The translations under genes and the position numbers were made by a program. From the IMG/VR virus record IMGVR_UViG_3300042198_000079, positions 1-64,000 of that record: DNA of 64,000 nt, one strand, 5' to 3'. The notes under the pieces are model-generated. The model saw only the letters and a list, made by a program, of their open reading frames with translations. It had not been told where the DNA came from and did no database searches. The stretch comes from a virus. Positions 38,557-48,193 of this stretch are shown piece by piece. Numbering within the stretch: position 1 is the first letter of the stretch; each line of letters opens with the position of its first letter.

Positions 38557-40395
38557 ATGTCTTCCTGTTCAGAATGTTCAACAAGTGCCGTAATTCCTCA
38601 AAGATCAGAGGAATATATTCAAGTTCTTCCCAACAATTGGGGGGGATCTGCTTATCTAGATTCTAGATTTAATAGTTATTCTGAAGTAGCACTATATATA
38701 AAGTATATGCTAGGATATCCACAAAGCACTGTGGAAATGAGCAATTCTCAGATTGCAATGTGTATTGACGAAGCACTTGATATTTTTACTAAACACTCTT
38801 CGCATTATACTACCGAATATATTGCTCTTTGGCCGAACTGGTATAAAAAAAATTGCGGTTTTGATTTAACACAAATACCAGAATTTTGTGGAAACTCTCA
38901 ACAATGTATTACATATACTACACAATCGTCAATAGTTACCAGCATTGAAATAGAGAAAAATAATTTAGGAACTGGATTTGCATATATTTCTGCAAAAGGA
39001 TTTAATCCTTTTGATTTTTGTTATGGAGACGAAACAGATACTAAAAATCCAAACAATCCAAACAATCCAAACTACGATCCAAGAAATCCTGTTGATATTT
39101 CCAAAAACCCAAAAGGAAATGATATAATTCTTTCATTTGACAAAAACAATCCTTGGAATTTCGATATTTGTGATGCAAATAGCATCAACATAATTCCCCT
39201 TTCGTCTGAAAATGTTCCTGCAACTACAATAGCACAAACTTCTGCTTATTTAGTTTTAAAAAATGGCAAAGGATATTTGTATAAAGATAAATCTTTTTTT
39301 GATCCTTGTCCGAATAATTGTATTCCTTTGTCTTCTTGGTGGAACTTTAATCTAAATACGGCAACACATATCGAATTTCCAGATTTGCCTAATTTTTGTT
39401 TAAATCAAACCTTATATCCTTTACAACATCATGAATATAGTTCAAAAGTTCCAATGTTTACTGTTTGTAATTCAGCAATGGATTCTGGAGGAGAACTTTT
39501 AACAAATGTTAGATTTGTTAGTAGTTGCCATGTTATACCGTCATTAACTGGAACACATTATTCCAATGAATTTTTAAATATAATTTCTTCAGAAAATGTA
39601 ATTTCAGGATCTGATATTTTTAATGATATAAAAAATAATATTACAAATGATTGGAAAAATACCGGATTGGGTATTGATTTTGAATTAAATTATTGTATAC
39701 CAGAAACACCGTGCAAAAGAAAATACGAAGTGTCTTTTGATAAAGTTACTGTGACAAAAAATTACGGGACGGTAAGCACTGAAGTATCGGGAACCATATT
39801 TGATCACGATCTTCAAAATAGAAGAAAGGTGAGAAGTATATCAAAAGTAGAGCCAAACTCATATGGAGGATTTGGTGGTTTGAATGCATATATTGGTGGT
39901 ATTTTTGGCGTGGAATATGTTATAATGAACCAAGTGTTTGGTTTTAATGCAATGGGCGGAAGAACCGGAGGAGGTAGTGTTGCATATAATTTATTCGACC
40001 ACAGTTTGATGATGAGTTTATTGGAAACAATGAAATATCAATTAACATATGTTCAATACGAATTTAATCCGAAAACACAATTTTTAAGAGTTTTTCCAGA
40101 ACCGTTTTCTTCGTTTAATAGTAATAAAGGGTATGTTGCAAGAATGCATGTAACTCAACCAATAAAAAATTTAATAAATGAACCTTGGGTTCGTGCATAT
40201 TCTCTTGCACTGTCTAAAATTATTTTAGGAAGAATACGTTCAAAATATTCAGGAGTGAATCTTCCTAATGGAATCACGATCCAAGGAACGGAATTAATAA
40301 CTGAAGGAAACGCAGAAAGAGATGCATTATTTACACAATTAGTAAGTCAGACTGGAGCAGATAAACGTCCTCCATTAGCATTTATGAGTTTATGA
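38557..40395 (+). CDS. gp13: Neck protein, gp13-like, with a large Cys-rich insertion
   Basis: N-terminal YIKYMLGYP..TVEM..SQI..CIDEAL..F; C-terminal WVRAYSLAL.K..LG..RSKY.GV.LP.G.TI.G..L..EG..E. Confidence 0.85.
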   Translation: MSSCSECSTSAVIPQRSEEYIQVLPNNWGGSAYLDSRFNSYSEVALYIKYMLGYPQSTVEMSNSQIAMCIDEALDIFTKHSSHYTTEYIALWPNWYKKNCGFDLTQIPEFCGNSQQCITYTTQSSIVTSIEIEKNNLGTGFAYISAKGFNPFDFCYGDETDTKNPNNPNNPNYDPRNPVDISKNPKGNDIILSFDKNNPWNFDICDANSINIIPLSSENVPATTIAQTSAYLVLKNGKGYLYKDKSFFDPCPNNCIPLSSWWNFNLNTATHIEFPDLPNFCLNQTLYPLQHHEYSSKVPMFTVCNSAMDSGGELLTNVRFVSSCHVIPSLTGTHYSNEFLNIISSENVISGSDIFNDIKNNITNDWKNTGLGIDFELNYCIPETPCKRKYEVSFDKVTVTKNYGTVSTEVSGTIFDHDLQNRRKVRSISKVEPNSYGGFGGLNAYIGGIFGVEYVIMNQVFGFNAMGGRTGGGSVAYNLFDHSLMMSLLETMKYQLTYVQYEFNPKTQFLRVFPEPFSSFNSNKGYVARMHVTQPIKNLINEPWVRAYSLALSKIILGRIRSKYSGVNLPNGITIQGTELITEGNAERDALFTQLVSQTGADKRPPLAFMSL

Positions 40396-40438
40396 ATAAA
40401 ATATATTTTTGTTTTGTACAAAAATAATAAATATATTT

Positions 40439-41227
40439 GTGAGATCGCCAAAAGATATAATTCCGTTTAATCCTCTTGCAGAAATATTTAAGATAGAACA
40501 AATTAATAATCCGCCTATGGATATTAATGATTCTGCTAGTATTGGAAACGACAATGTTTCAAAAATTTACAATCCAAAATGTAAAGATATACCGGGGCAG
40601 GTAGTCCAAACTTTGGATTTGATAAATGAAGATGTAGAAAATCAATATGGAAATAGAATTTGGTATTGGGGAAGAAAAAATATAACTGAAGTAGACAATT
40701 ATTATGGTGAACCTCAAAATGTAGAATTTGAAGGACCAAAAGAAATGATAATTATGATTAATCCTACAGGAGCAAATCCTGCATTTTTACAATTTGGTAG
40801 ATTTACTGATATTGATATGACATTAACAATATCGTTTCACCAATGGAACCGGGTTTGGGGAAAAGATAGACCACCATTGGAAGGAGATAGGTTTTTAGTT
40901 GCAGATGAAAATTGCACTCGACCAGAATTACAATCTCCTAGAGTATATGTTATTTTAACTAAAATAGATGTTTTAGAAAACGGTTTTCAGGGTCCGTATA
41001 ATTCTGTGTATAGATGGACTTTGACTGCCAAGAGATCTACTAATTCGTATGAAACAAATGCTCCTGAAGAAAATTCAGATTTGGGTAATATTTTAAATGT
41101 CGATTCATATAAAAATGAAAAATTCGCATCAGATCAAAAAGATAGTTTAAAAAACCAAATAGATATTGATAATATCTTAAAGAAAAACAATCCAGCTTCT
41201 AAAAGAAAACCATTTAAACGAAAATAA
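40439..41227 (+). CDS. gp14: Head closure/neck protein, gp14-like
   Basis: E...QYG..I.Y, YYGE, QFG....D, P.EGD motifs; follows gp13; GTG start assigned from TAAATA-N5. Confidence 0.7.
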   Translation: MRSPKDIIPFNPLAEIFKIEQINNPPMDINDSASIGNDNVSKIYNPKCKDIPGQVVQTLDLINEDVENQYGNRIWYWGRKNITEVDNYYGEPQNVEFEGPKEMIIMINPTGANPAFLQFGRFTDIDMTLTISFHQWNRVWGKDRPPLEGDRFLVADENCTRPELQSPRVYVILTKIDVLENGFQGPYNSVYRWTLTAKRSTNSYETNAPEENSDLGNILNVDSYKNEKFASDQKDSLKNQIDIDNILKKNNPASKRKPFKRK

Positions 41228-41249
41228 TAAATATATTAAATAATGATAT

Positions 41250-42536
41250 ATGGAAGAAAAAAATAAAAATTATCTTGTAAATTTTTCAGCAGGCATATTA
41301 GCACTTTTTTTAATATTTTCTAAAATTTCAAAGAAAAAAATAAACGTATCAGAACAAAATTTGAGTACGAATATAGTTGACAAACCAAAAACTAATGTTA
41401 TAGTAGAAGAAGGATCTAAAGTAGAACTAGTAGAAAAAGTTCCTATAGAAAAAAATAAACTTTTTATAGAAAAAAAATTCGATGGTTATACCAATCATTT
41501 TTTAGATTTCTATTATGTTAATAGCGATTGGGAACAAAAAGCAAAAACCATTTCCGATACTATTTTTCAAAATAAAGAAAAATACGTAAATGTTTCCAGT
41601 CAATTAGGAAAAGTTCCTTGGTATGTCATAGGAATAATCCATTATTTAGAGTCTGATTTTTCTTTTAATAAGCATTTACACAACGGTGATCCTCTTTCCG
41701 GCAGAACTGTCCGTGTACCAAGGGGAAGACCTCTAAACGACCCTACAGGAGAATCAAATAGGTATACTTGGGAAGAATCTGCTATTGATGCCATAAAGAT
41801 AAAAATGTGGCACACATGGGTAGATTGGGAAGTTAAAGATATTCTATTTAGATCGGAGAATTATAACGGAAGGGGTTATGCAAAAATGGGCAAATTGTCT
41901 CCTTATATATGGAGTGGATCTAATTACGGTGTTGGTTTAGGTAAATTTACAAGTGACGGAGTTTATGATAAAAATGCAGTTTCTAAACAAGTTGGCGTTG
42001 CTCTCATATTGAGAAAAATTTACGAAAAATTAAATTTTGTGTTTGAAAATACACAAATACAAAAAGAACCAATAGAAGAAAAAACCATTTTTTCTAAGAA
42101 AGAAGAAAAATTAAAATTGTATTTTGCAAAATACAATATAAAATATTTCCAACCAAAAGAATTTTTAACATTGGGAGGGGGAAACGAATACGGAAAATGT
42201 AAAGATAAAAATAAATTGCCCCCTGATGATCTTTTAGAAAATATAGCAAAAGTTGCTCAATATTGGGATATTGTCCGAGAAAAATATGGGAAAAAAATCA
42301 TTGTAAATTCTGTTTATAGAAGCCCAGAATACAATAGTTGTTTAGACGGAACTGCATCTAATTCCTTTCATATGAAAGGAATGGCAGCAGATTGTAGTCC
42401 AGCAGAAGGAAGTCTTTCAGAATTAACAAAAGTAATTTCTTATTTAAAAAATGAGGGGAAAATAGTAGGAGGATGGGGGGTTTATCCAACATTTATTCAC
42501 TTGGATACTAGACCTTCCAACGTAAAGTTTAGATGA
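41250..42536 (+). CDS. Endolysin: N-terminal anchor, lysozyme-like domain and peptidase M15 domain
   Basis: VPWYVIG.IH..ES...LHNGDPL, E.YNG.GY, SPY.WSGS; then SVYRSPEYN, S.H..G.AAD, FIHLDTR. Confidence 0.85.
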   Translation: MEEKNKNYLVNFSAGILALFLIFSKISKKKINVSEQNLSTNIVDKPKTNVIVEEGSKVELVEKVPIEKNKLFIEKKFDGYTNHFLDFYYVNSDWEQKAKTISDTIFQNKEKYVNVSSQLGKVPWYVIGIIHYLESDFSFNKHLHNGDPLSGRTVRVPRGRPLNDPTGESNRYTWEESAIDAIKIKMWHTWVDWEVKDILFRSENYNGRGYAKMGKLSPYIWSGSNYGVGLGKFTSDGVYDKNAVSKQVGVALILRKIYEKLNFVFENTQIQKEPIEEKTIFSKKEEKLKLYFAKYNIKYFQPKEFLTLGGGNEYGKCKDKNKLPPDDLLENIAKVAQYWDIVREKYGKKIIVNSVYRSPEYNSCLDGTASNSFHMKGMAADCSPAEGSLSELTKVISYLKNEGKIVGGWGVYPTFIHLDTRPSNVKFR

Positions 42537-42541
42537 AAAAT

Positions 42542-43171
42542 CTAAACATAATATTTTTTAACATGGTTATGTAAAACAATTCCTTGTTTTCGCAATTCGG
42601 GAATAATTACATTTCTGATCCAATTTCTCCTACAATGAGTTGGATCAGAATTTGTTGGATCTTCGCACAAATAATCTTTAAGACCTTCCACATTTTCCAT
42701 ATATTCGTTTAATTTCTTTTTTTGGATTAGCAAAAAAGGATGATAAATCCCAATTGGGTCTTCACACCAATAGGGCTTGATCGGGATATATTGCGGAACA
42801 CCATTTAGACAATTTAAAATATAACTTTCTTCGCAATCGTTCGCATGATGTGCGGTTACATAGTTTCCTCCAATTTTAGTCAAATGAAAAAATCTAAATT
42901 TTCTAAGTTCTCCTTCGCTTTCGTCGGGGAATTGTTCTTTATCTCTTTTGATGATCTTACAAGGAACATTGATAAAATCTGCAAATCTTTTTACAGATTC
43001 TTCCATTTTATCATTGATAGAAGAACATGCATGGTTAAAATGTAAAATATCAAATTCTTGTTTACATCGATATTTATATTTTAACCAATGAGCAGCACTG
43101 ATACTATCTACTCCTCCACTAACAAGAAATGTAAATTTATTTTGTGGAAGCCATTTAGAGTTGATTTTCAT
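42542..43171 (-). CDS. tilS: TilS-like PP-loop ATPase, catalytic domain only
   Basis: VSGGVDS, HFNH, TAHH.ND..E, HPFL and EDPTN...RN.IR motifs; 209 aa. Confidence 0.8.
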   Translation of the reverse strand: MKINSKWLPQNKFTFLVSGGVDSISAAHWLKYKYRCKQEFDILHFNHACSSINDKMEESVKRFADFINVPCKIIKRDKEQFPDESEGELRKFRFFHLTKIGGNYVTAHHANDCEESYILNCLNGVPQYIPIKPYWCEDPIGIYHPFLLIQKKKLNEYMENVEGLKDYLCEDPTNSDPTHCRRNWIRNVIIPELRKQGIVLHNHVKKYYV

Positions 43172-43250
43172 ATGAGTCTCTCAACGTGGAGAAAATACGA
43201 GAATTTGGGATTAAGATAATATTGCACGTAATTTAAAATTGTCAAGAAGT

Positions 43251-44426
43251 TTATTCGCACAAATTGTTAGATGTTAATGTGCATGTATCCGTAACAGAAA
43301 ATACAGTAAATCCATCAGAATAAGGATGTTGATAATTAAGCCAAGTAGAATATAAAGGATCAGAAGATAAAAATGGATTTTGTAATTCTGTTCTTTTTAC
43401 GGAATCTGTAACAACACAACATCCAGCTTCATTTGCTAATACAATATCGAAAATACTTCCACCAGACATTGGAGGAATATTAAAAGTAATACTATTAGAA
43501 TTATACGACCATGACGTTATCGGTATACCAGAAATCATAACACATTCTGATGAAAGCGAAGTATAATCACAATAAACATCTAAATCTTCTCTTAAAAAAG
43601 AATTTGGATAATATAATTTATATTCTATTCCATTTGTAGGATGTCCACCGGAAAGATAAATTTCTTTTACTTTGTCCATGTTCATCCCCCAGAGTTTTTG
43701 GTATCCTATTTTGTTTTGTATAAACGCAGCATTTAGTGCTTTTGTAACGAAAGGTTTTCCTTTTAACAATTGTTTCCACTGCACCGTTCCGTTTGGTGCC
43801 ATCAAAGTATTTGATATTTTTGTAATTATTCCAACTTCTTGGAATTCTAAATCAGTCAACCACAAATATCCCTTTACCGTAAAACTTGTCGATGCCTGTA
43901 ATATTGTGTTTACACTGCCCTCTTGAACAACAGTTGGAATATTTTCCGTCCAAGATCCGCCCCATATTATTTCCAAACTCACTGATTCGTTTGTTAACGG
44001 ATCGTTTATAAATTGATAAGTTTGTGGGTTTAAATATTGAACTAATTTTTGCTGTATTTGATTTAAATCCCACATATATAAACACAAAATTGTAATTGTG
44101 AAATTCATGTTTATGGGTATAGGCTCGGATTGAGCATATTTATTATCTACTAATTTAGAATAATTGTCTTTATTTTTTATTCTAGCAGGATCTCGCGACC
44201 ATCCAGATCTTACAATAGAAACAACAGGAAGTCTTATTGTTCCACTATCGTTTCTTATATCTAATAATAGATTACTAGGGGGACTTGATGTTAATGCAAC
44301 TGGAACTTCTTCTACTATTCGTCTTTCGCCATCAAATCTATATATGTTTATTTCATCAATTGCTGAAGCAAATGCGGTTTGTATGTCTTCTAAAGAAAAA
44401 AAAGATTGATTTGGGGATATCACCAA
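43251..44426 (-). CDS. gp15: Tail terminator/sheath stabiliser, gp15-like, with C-terminal extension
   Basis: AF....I.I.R, VPV, RLPVVSI...RDP.R, P.PIN.NF..TI, QI...L.P and FTVKGYL motifs. Confidence 0.8.
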   Translation of the reverse strand: MVISPNQSFFSLEDIQTAFASAIDEINIYRFDGERRIVEEVPVALTSSPPSNLLLDIRNDSGTIRLPVVSIVRSGWSRDPARIKNKDNYSKLVDNKYAQSEPIPINMNFTITILCLYMWDLNQIQQKLVQYLNPQTYQFINDPLTNESVSLEIIWGGSWTENIPTVVQEGSVNTILQASTSFTVKGYLWLTDLEFQEVGIITKISNTLMAPNGTVQWKQLLKGKPFVTKALNAAFIQNKIGYQKLWGMNMDKVKEIYLSGGHPTNGIEYKLYYPNSFLREDLDVYCDYTSLSSECVMISGIPITSWSYNSNSITFNIPPMSGGSIFDIVLANEAGCCVVTDSVKRTELQNPFLSSDPLYSTWLNYQHPYSDGFTVFSVTDTCTLTSNNLCE

Positions 44427-44431
44427 AATAT

Positions 44432-45130
44432 TTATCTTAACTGTTTTATTTCAAGAATATCTAGAATGTGCCATTTGCAAATTTTTCCACTATCTAAAGC
44501 AAATTCCCCAATTTGTGACATGTGGTGGTGACCACAATAAAATCTACTAGGCTTACATTTTTGTAAAATGTCATATCCAATATTATTTTCTGTTTTTAGA
44601 TCATCTGAAAGATATCTATCGTTTTTTGTAAAATTTTTTATGTTCCCATAAATATAACCTATATTTCTAGGATTAGTATGCATAACTAAAACATCAACTT
44701 CTTCTATATTTTTTTTAGGACTAGGCAATCCTTCGTTTTCCCACCACGAAACTCCATTTATTCTATTTATTCGATCTAAAGATATTGCTCCTCCGACTAA
44801 TAAAAATTTATAATCATTTAAAGTTAAATAAGTATAGTCAGGAATTAATTTCAAATTAGAAAATATAAAATTTCCATTCCAATAAGAAGGATCGTCATGA
44901 TTGCCTCTAATAACAAACATATTAACTCTAAGATCTTTTAAAAATTGATTCAAATTTATAAGTTTTTTCAATTCTTTGTCGGGACTCCGAAAACCTATTC
45001 CAAAATCCCCAACCTGAATAAAATTTATATTTTCGTCGGGTTTTGAAAAATAATTTTCCAATTTTTCTTTTAAAAAATCAAATTCCCCGTGAATATCACC
45101 TATAAAATAACAATTAGTTAATTTTTTCAT
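44432..45130 (-). CDS. Calcineurin-like metallophosphoesterase
   Basis: GDIHG, GDFG, RGNHD, GGA.S.DR and GHHH motifs. Confidence 0.9.
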   Translation of the reverse strand: MKKLTNCYFIGDIHGEFDFLKEKLENYFSKPDENINFIQVGDFGIGFRSPDKELKKLINLNQFLKDLRVNMFVIRGNHDDPSYWNGNFIFSNLKLIPDYTYLTLNDYKFLLVGGAISLDRINRINGVSWWENEGLPSPKKNIEEVDVLVMHTNPRNIGYIYGNIKNFTKNDRYLSDDLKTENNIGYDILQKCKPSRFYCGHHHMSQIGEFALDSGKICKWHILDILEIKQLR

Positions 45131-45139
45131 TGATTTATG

Positions 45140-45448
45140 TTAACATTTTTTTGCCCAATTTTCAACATAATTGATACAACTATTCAAATTTTCTAATACT
45201 AATTTTTCCTTAATAGGAAACGGATGTATCCTGATTCCCGGAACTTGACCAATCTCTACTATGTCTTTTACAAAATCTGTAAATTTATTTTGTTTTATCC
45301 AACCATAATAAAAGTCTCGTTCTTCCCATATTAATTCTACAAGAACAATACAATCTAAACTTCTAGTAATTATTCCTAAAGATCTGAATGCATATGTTTC
45401 GGAAGGAGGAGCAATTAATGTTCTGTCGATGACCAAATTAGTAGCCAT
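45140..45448 (-). CDS. Hypothetical protein
   Basis: 102 aa; TAAATA-N5-ATG, divergent from the portal gene. Confidence 0.65.
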   Translation of the reverse strand: MATNLVIDRTLIAPPSETYAFRSLGIITRSLDCIVLVELIWEERDFYYGWIKQNKFTDFVKDIVEIGQVPGIRIHPFPIKEKLVLENLNSCINYVENWAKKC

Positions 45449-45486
45449 AGATTTATTTATTCGTATAAATAGTATTAAATAAATCC

Positions 45487-47613
45487 GTGGCTATTCCAAG
45501 AAAAAATATAATAAAAAACATAGAAGATCGTAGGAAAAATTTAAACAGCATTTTGAATAACGAAAAAACAAAAATTTTTGGAAAAATTCCAAAAGGTTTT
45601 GAGCAAATAATGCAGAGACAAGCTGCTGTAAACTTATATAATTTGCCTTCTAGAAATTATGCGTCTTCTATTAATTTCAATAATAAATTAATAAATTCTT
45701 TATATCAAGGTTTATCAGATTATAAATTACAAAGATTGAGAGAATTGAGAAGAATTGCAGATTCGTCTGAAATGACCATTGCTCTTCGTGAAATAGCAGA
45801 TGAATTTTTAAATGAAGATAGAGAATGTAAATATATTCAGATACGGGTCAGAAACCAACCAGATGAAGTTATTGATGTTTTGAGAAAAGAATTTTATTCT
45901 TTTATGGAAATTTTCAAACTAAAAGAAAAGGGTTGGAATTATTGTAAAGAATTTTTAACTGATGGAGAAAAGTTTTTTGAAAATTTAATTTCTATAGAAT
46001 CTCCAGAATTGGGTATAGTTGGACTTTGTGAAATTCCTCCCGAAAGAATAGAACCTATTTATAGAAATAAACAAAACGACGAGATTGAAATTTTCAAAAT
46101 AAATGTTGATCCGGGATTTGCTAGTGAAGATTTAATAACAAATCAGAAACTTGCAATGAATGATATGAGTGATGAAAATTATATCGATTATGATCCTGAA
46201 CAAGTTACGTATATTCATTCTGGAGAATGGTGTCCGCAAAGAATGACGAAAAAATCTCACATTTCAAATGCTCTTAGAGATTTTAGAATCCATTATTTGA
46301 TGGAAGATACAAATTTAATATATATTACTGCACGGGCACCTCAAAGATTATTATTTAAAATCCCAACAGATAATATGCCAGATGATATGGCACAAGAGCA
46401 TTTAAGAAGACAAGCAGCAGAATTTAACACCCAACAATCTGTAAATTCAAATGGTATAGCAGCATATCACAATCCACAATCACAGTTAGAAAATTATTAT
46501 GTTGCAACAAATAATGGAGTTGGCGTGGACATCCAAACTATAGGAGGAGATACACAACTTGATGGAAGACTACAATTAATTAAATATTTTGCTTCTAAGC
46601 TATATCAAGCACTACAAATCCCAACAAGCAGATTAAATCCAGAATCTCAATACAGTGATGGGAGTAGTGTTACTGTCGAAGAAGTAAAATTCGGAAAAAT
46701 GATAGAAAGATTACAATCTCGTTTTGCGGTTGCGATAAAAAAGACATTTATAACTCATTTAAAACTAAAAGGAAAAGACGTGAAAGGATTAAAAGAATTT
46801 TTAAATTTAAAATATAATAAAAATGAAAACGACGAATATGGTAACAAACAAGTTAATTTAAAATCATACAAAGAAGAACTTCGACAAGTAGAAAGTTCTT
46901 TAGAAAAACACATGCACGTTTTAAATGAACAAATAAAAAAATATAACGAAGAATTGAGTTTAATTTCTGAAAATTATAATGCTTACAATGAAGAAGAATA
47001 TACACAAGAAGAAGTAGAGTATATAAGAAACGAAATTAAAAAAATAGAACAAAGGTTGATGGAATTAATTAGTAAAAATAAAAGCATATGGGATCAATAT
47101 GAATTAGAAGATAATGACATTGATATTATATTCAATGCTCCGAATGCATATAATGCACTAAAGAAACAACAACAACTATCAATAAAATTAGATACTTTAG
47201 GAAAATTAATGGAAATACCATTTATGAGTTTGGCATATGCACTAAAATACGGAGAAAGGTTCGATGGCGGACCTTTAACAAATTCCGAAATAAATCAGTT
47301 ATATGTTTATGCTATTGCAGAGCAAAAATTAAAAGCACAACTATCCAAAATAGAAAACGGGGAAGATATCGGTAGTGGCGGAGGAGGAGGACTATCTGGT
47401 CTTGGTGGAGGGGATATGTCCGATTTCGGCGGAGGAGGAGGAGCAGGTGGCGGCAGTGGAGATATACCAAAACCAGTGTTGCCTGATGCAGGAGATATAC
47501 AAGACCTTGGAGGGGGGTCAGAACCTGAAATGGGAGGAGGAGGAGGAGCAGGACCGTCTCCTTCTGAAACACCAGCACCAGAATCTTCAGAAGATTTGGG
47601 AAATAAAGAGTAA
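45487..47613 (+). CDS. gp20: Portal vertex protein, gp20-like
   Basis: MED..LIY...RAPQR..FKI.T.NMP...A.EHL, ENYY, IKYF..KLY.AL.IP.SRL and EEVKF.K.I.RLQ..F motifs. Confidence 0.92.
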   Translation: MAIPRKNIIKNIEDRRKNLNSILNNEKTKIFGKIPKGFEQIMQRQAAVNLYNLPSRNYASSINFNNKLINSLYQGLSDYKLQRLRELRRIADSSEMTIALREIADEFLNEDRECKYIQIRVRNQPDEVIDVLRKEFYSFMEIFKLKEKGWNYCKEFLTDGEKFFENLISIESPELGIVGLCEIPPERIEPIYRNKQNDEIEIFKINVDPGFASEDLITNQKLAMNDMSDENYIDYDPEQVTYIHSGEWCPQRMTKKSHISNALRDFRIHYLMEDTNLIYITARAPQRLLFKIPTDNMPDDMAQEHLRRQAAEFNTQQSVNSNGIAAYHNPQSQLENYYVATNNGVGVDIQTIGGDTQLDGRLQLIKYFASKLYQALQIPTSRLNPESQYSDGSSVTVEEVKFGKMIERLQSRFAVAIKKTFITHLKLKGKDVKGLKEFLNLKYNKNENDEYGNKQVNLKSYKEELRQVESSLEKHMHVLNEQIKKYNEELSLISENYNAYNEEEYTQEEVEYIRNEIKKIEQRLMELISKNKSIWDQYELEDNDIDIIFNAPNAYNALKKQQQLSIKLDTLGKLMEIPFMSLAYALKYGERFDGGPLTNSEINQLYVYAIAEQKLKAQLSKIENGEDIGSGGGGGLSGLGGGDMSDFGGGGGAGGGSGDIPKPVLPDAGDIQDLGGGSEPEMGGGGGAGPSPSETPAPESSEDLGNKE

Positions 47614-47633
47614 AAAAAGACTAAATAATTTAA

Positions 47634-48191
47634 ATGGAATCTAAATTTTATACTTTAATATTTGAATTTTACAACAAAAATAACATAGGTGGAATTCTAA
47701 GAGGTGATCATGTTACTTTTTCAAAGGATTGGGAAAAAATAGCAAATGAAAAAAAATATCCAGAACACATGAAAAATGTTCTAACCAGATTAGCAAACAC
47801 TAAAAATAGACTTATTGTAACAGATGTGAATCGAAACTCTTCTGGAGCTATAGGAAATCCAATTGCTGGAGTTTTACCTGAAGATATTATTTTAAATGTT
47901 GCCGAAGAAATTTCTCCGGGTTTACCTATAGATTCTATTCCGGTTCCTTTGAATTTAATTCAAAGGGTTGAAAATGGAATAAATTTAGGGCAAATTCCTG
48001 ATTGTTGGAAAACTCCTGTTGTTATTACACAATCCAGAACTTTTGATCCTAAAAAGGATTCTATTGATACTGAAGGAAATCCAGATTATACAAAATATAA
48101 AAAATTGGCACATCAACACATTTTAGATAGACAAAAAGAAGGTCATAAACCAGAACAAAAAGGTATTGGCATGACTGGTCAAACTAGCTAA
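47634..48191 (+). CDS. Hypothetical protein with KF..L.FE leader-like N-terminus
   Basis: 185 aa; TAAATA-N6-ATG. Confidence 0.7.
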   Translation: MESKFYTLIFEFYNKNNIGGILRGDHVTFSKDWEKIANEKKYPEHMKNVLTRLANTKNRLIVTDVNRNSSGAIGNPIAGVLPEDIILNVAEEISPGLPIDSIPVPLNLIQRVENGINLGQIPDCWKTPVVITQSRTFDPKKDSIDTEGNPDYTKYKKLAHQHILDRQKEGHKPEQKGIGMTGQTS

Positions 48192-48193
48192 TA

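Noticed and set aside
38830-39810. Second intein in the neck protein
   Set aside because: No block A, block B or terminal HN motifs
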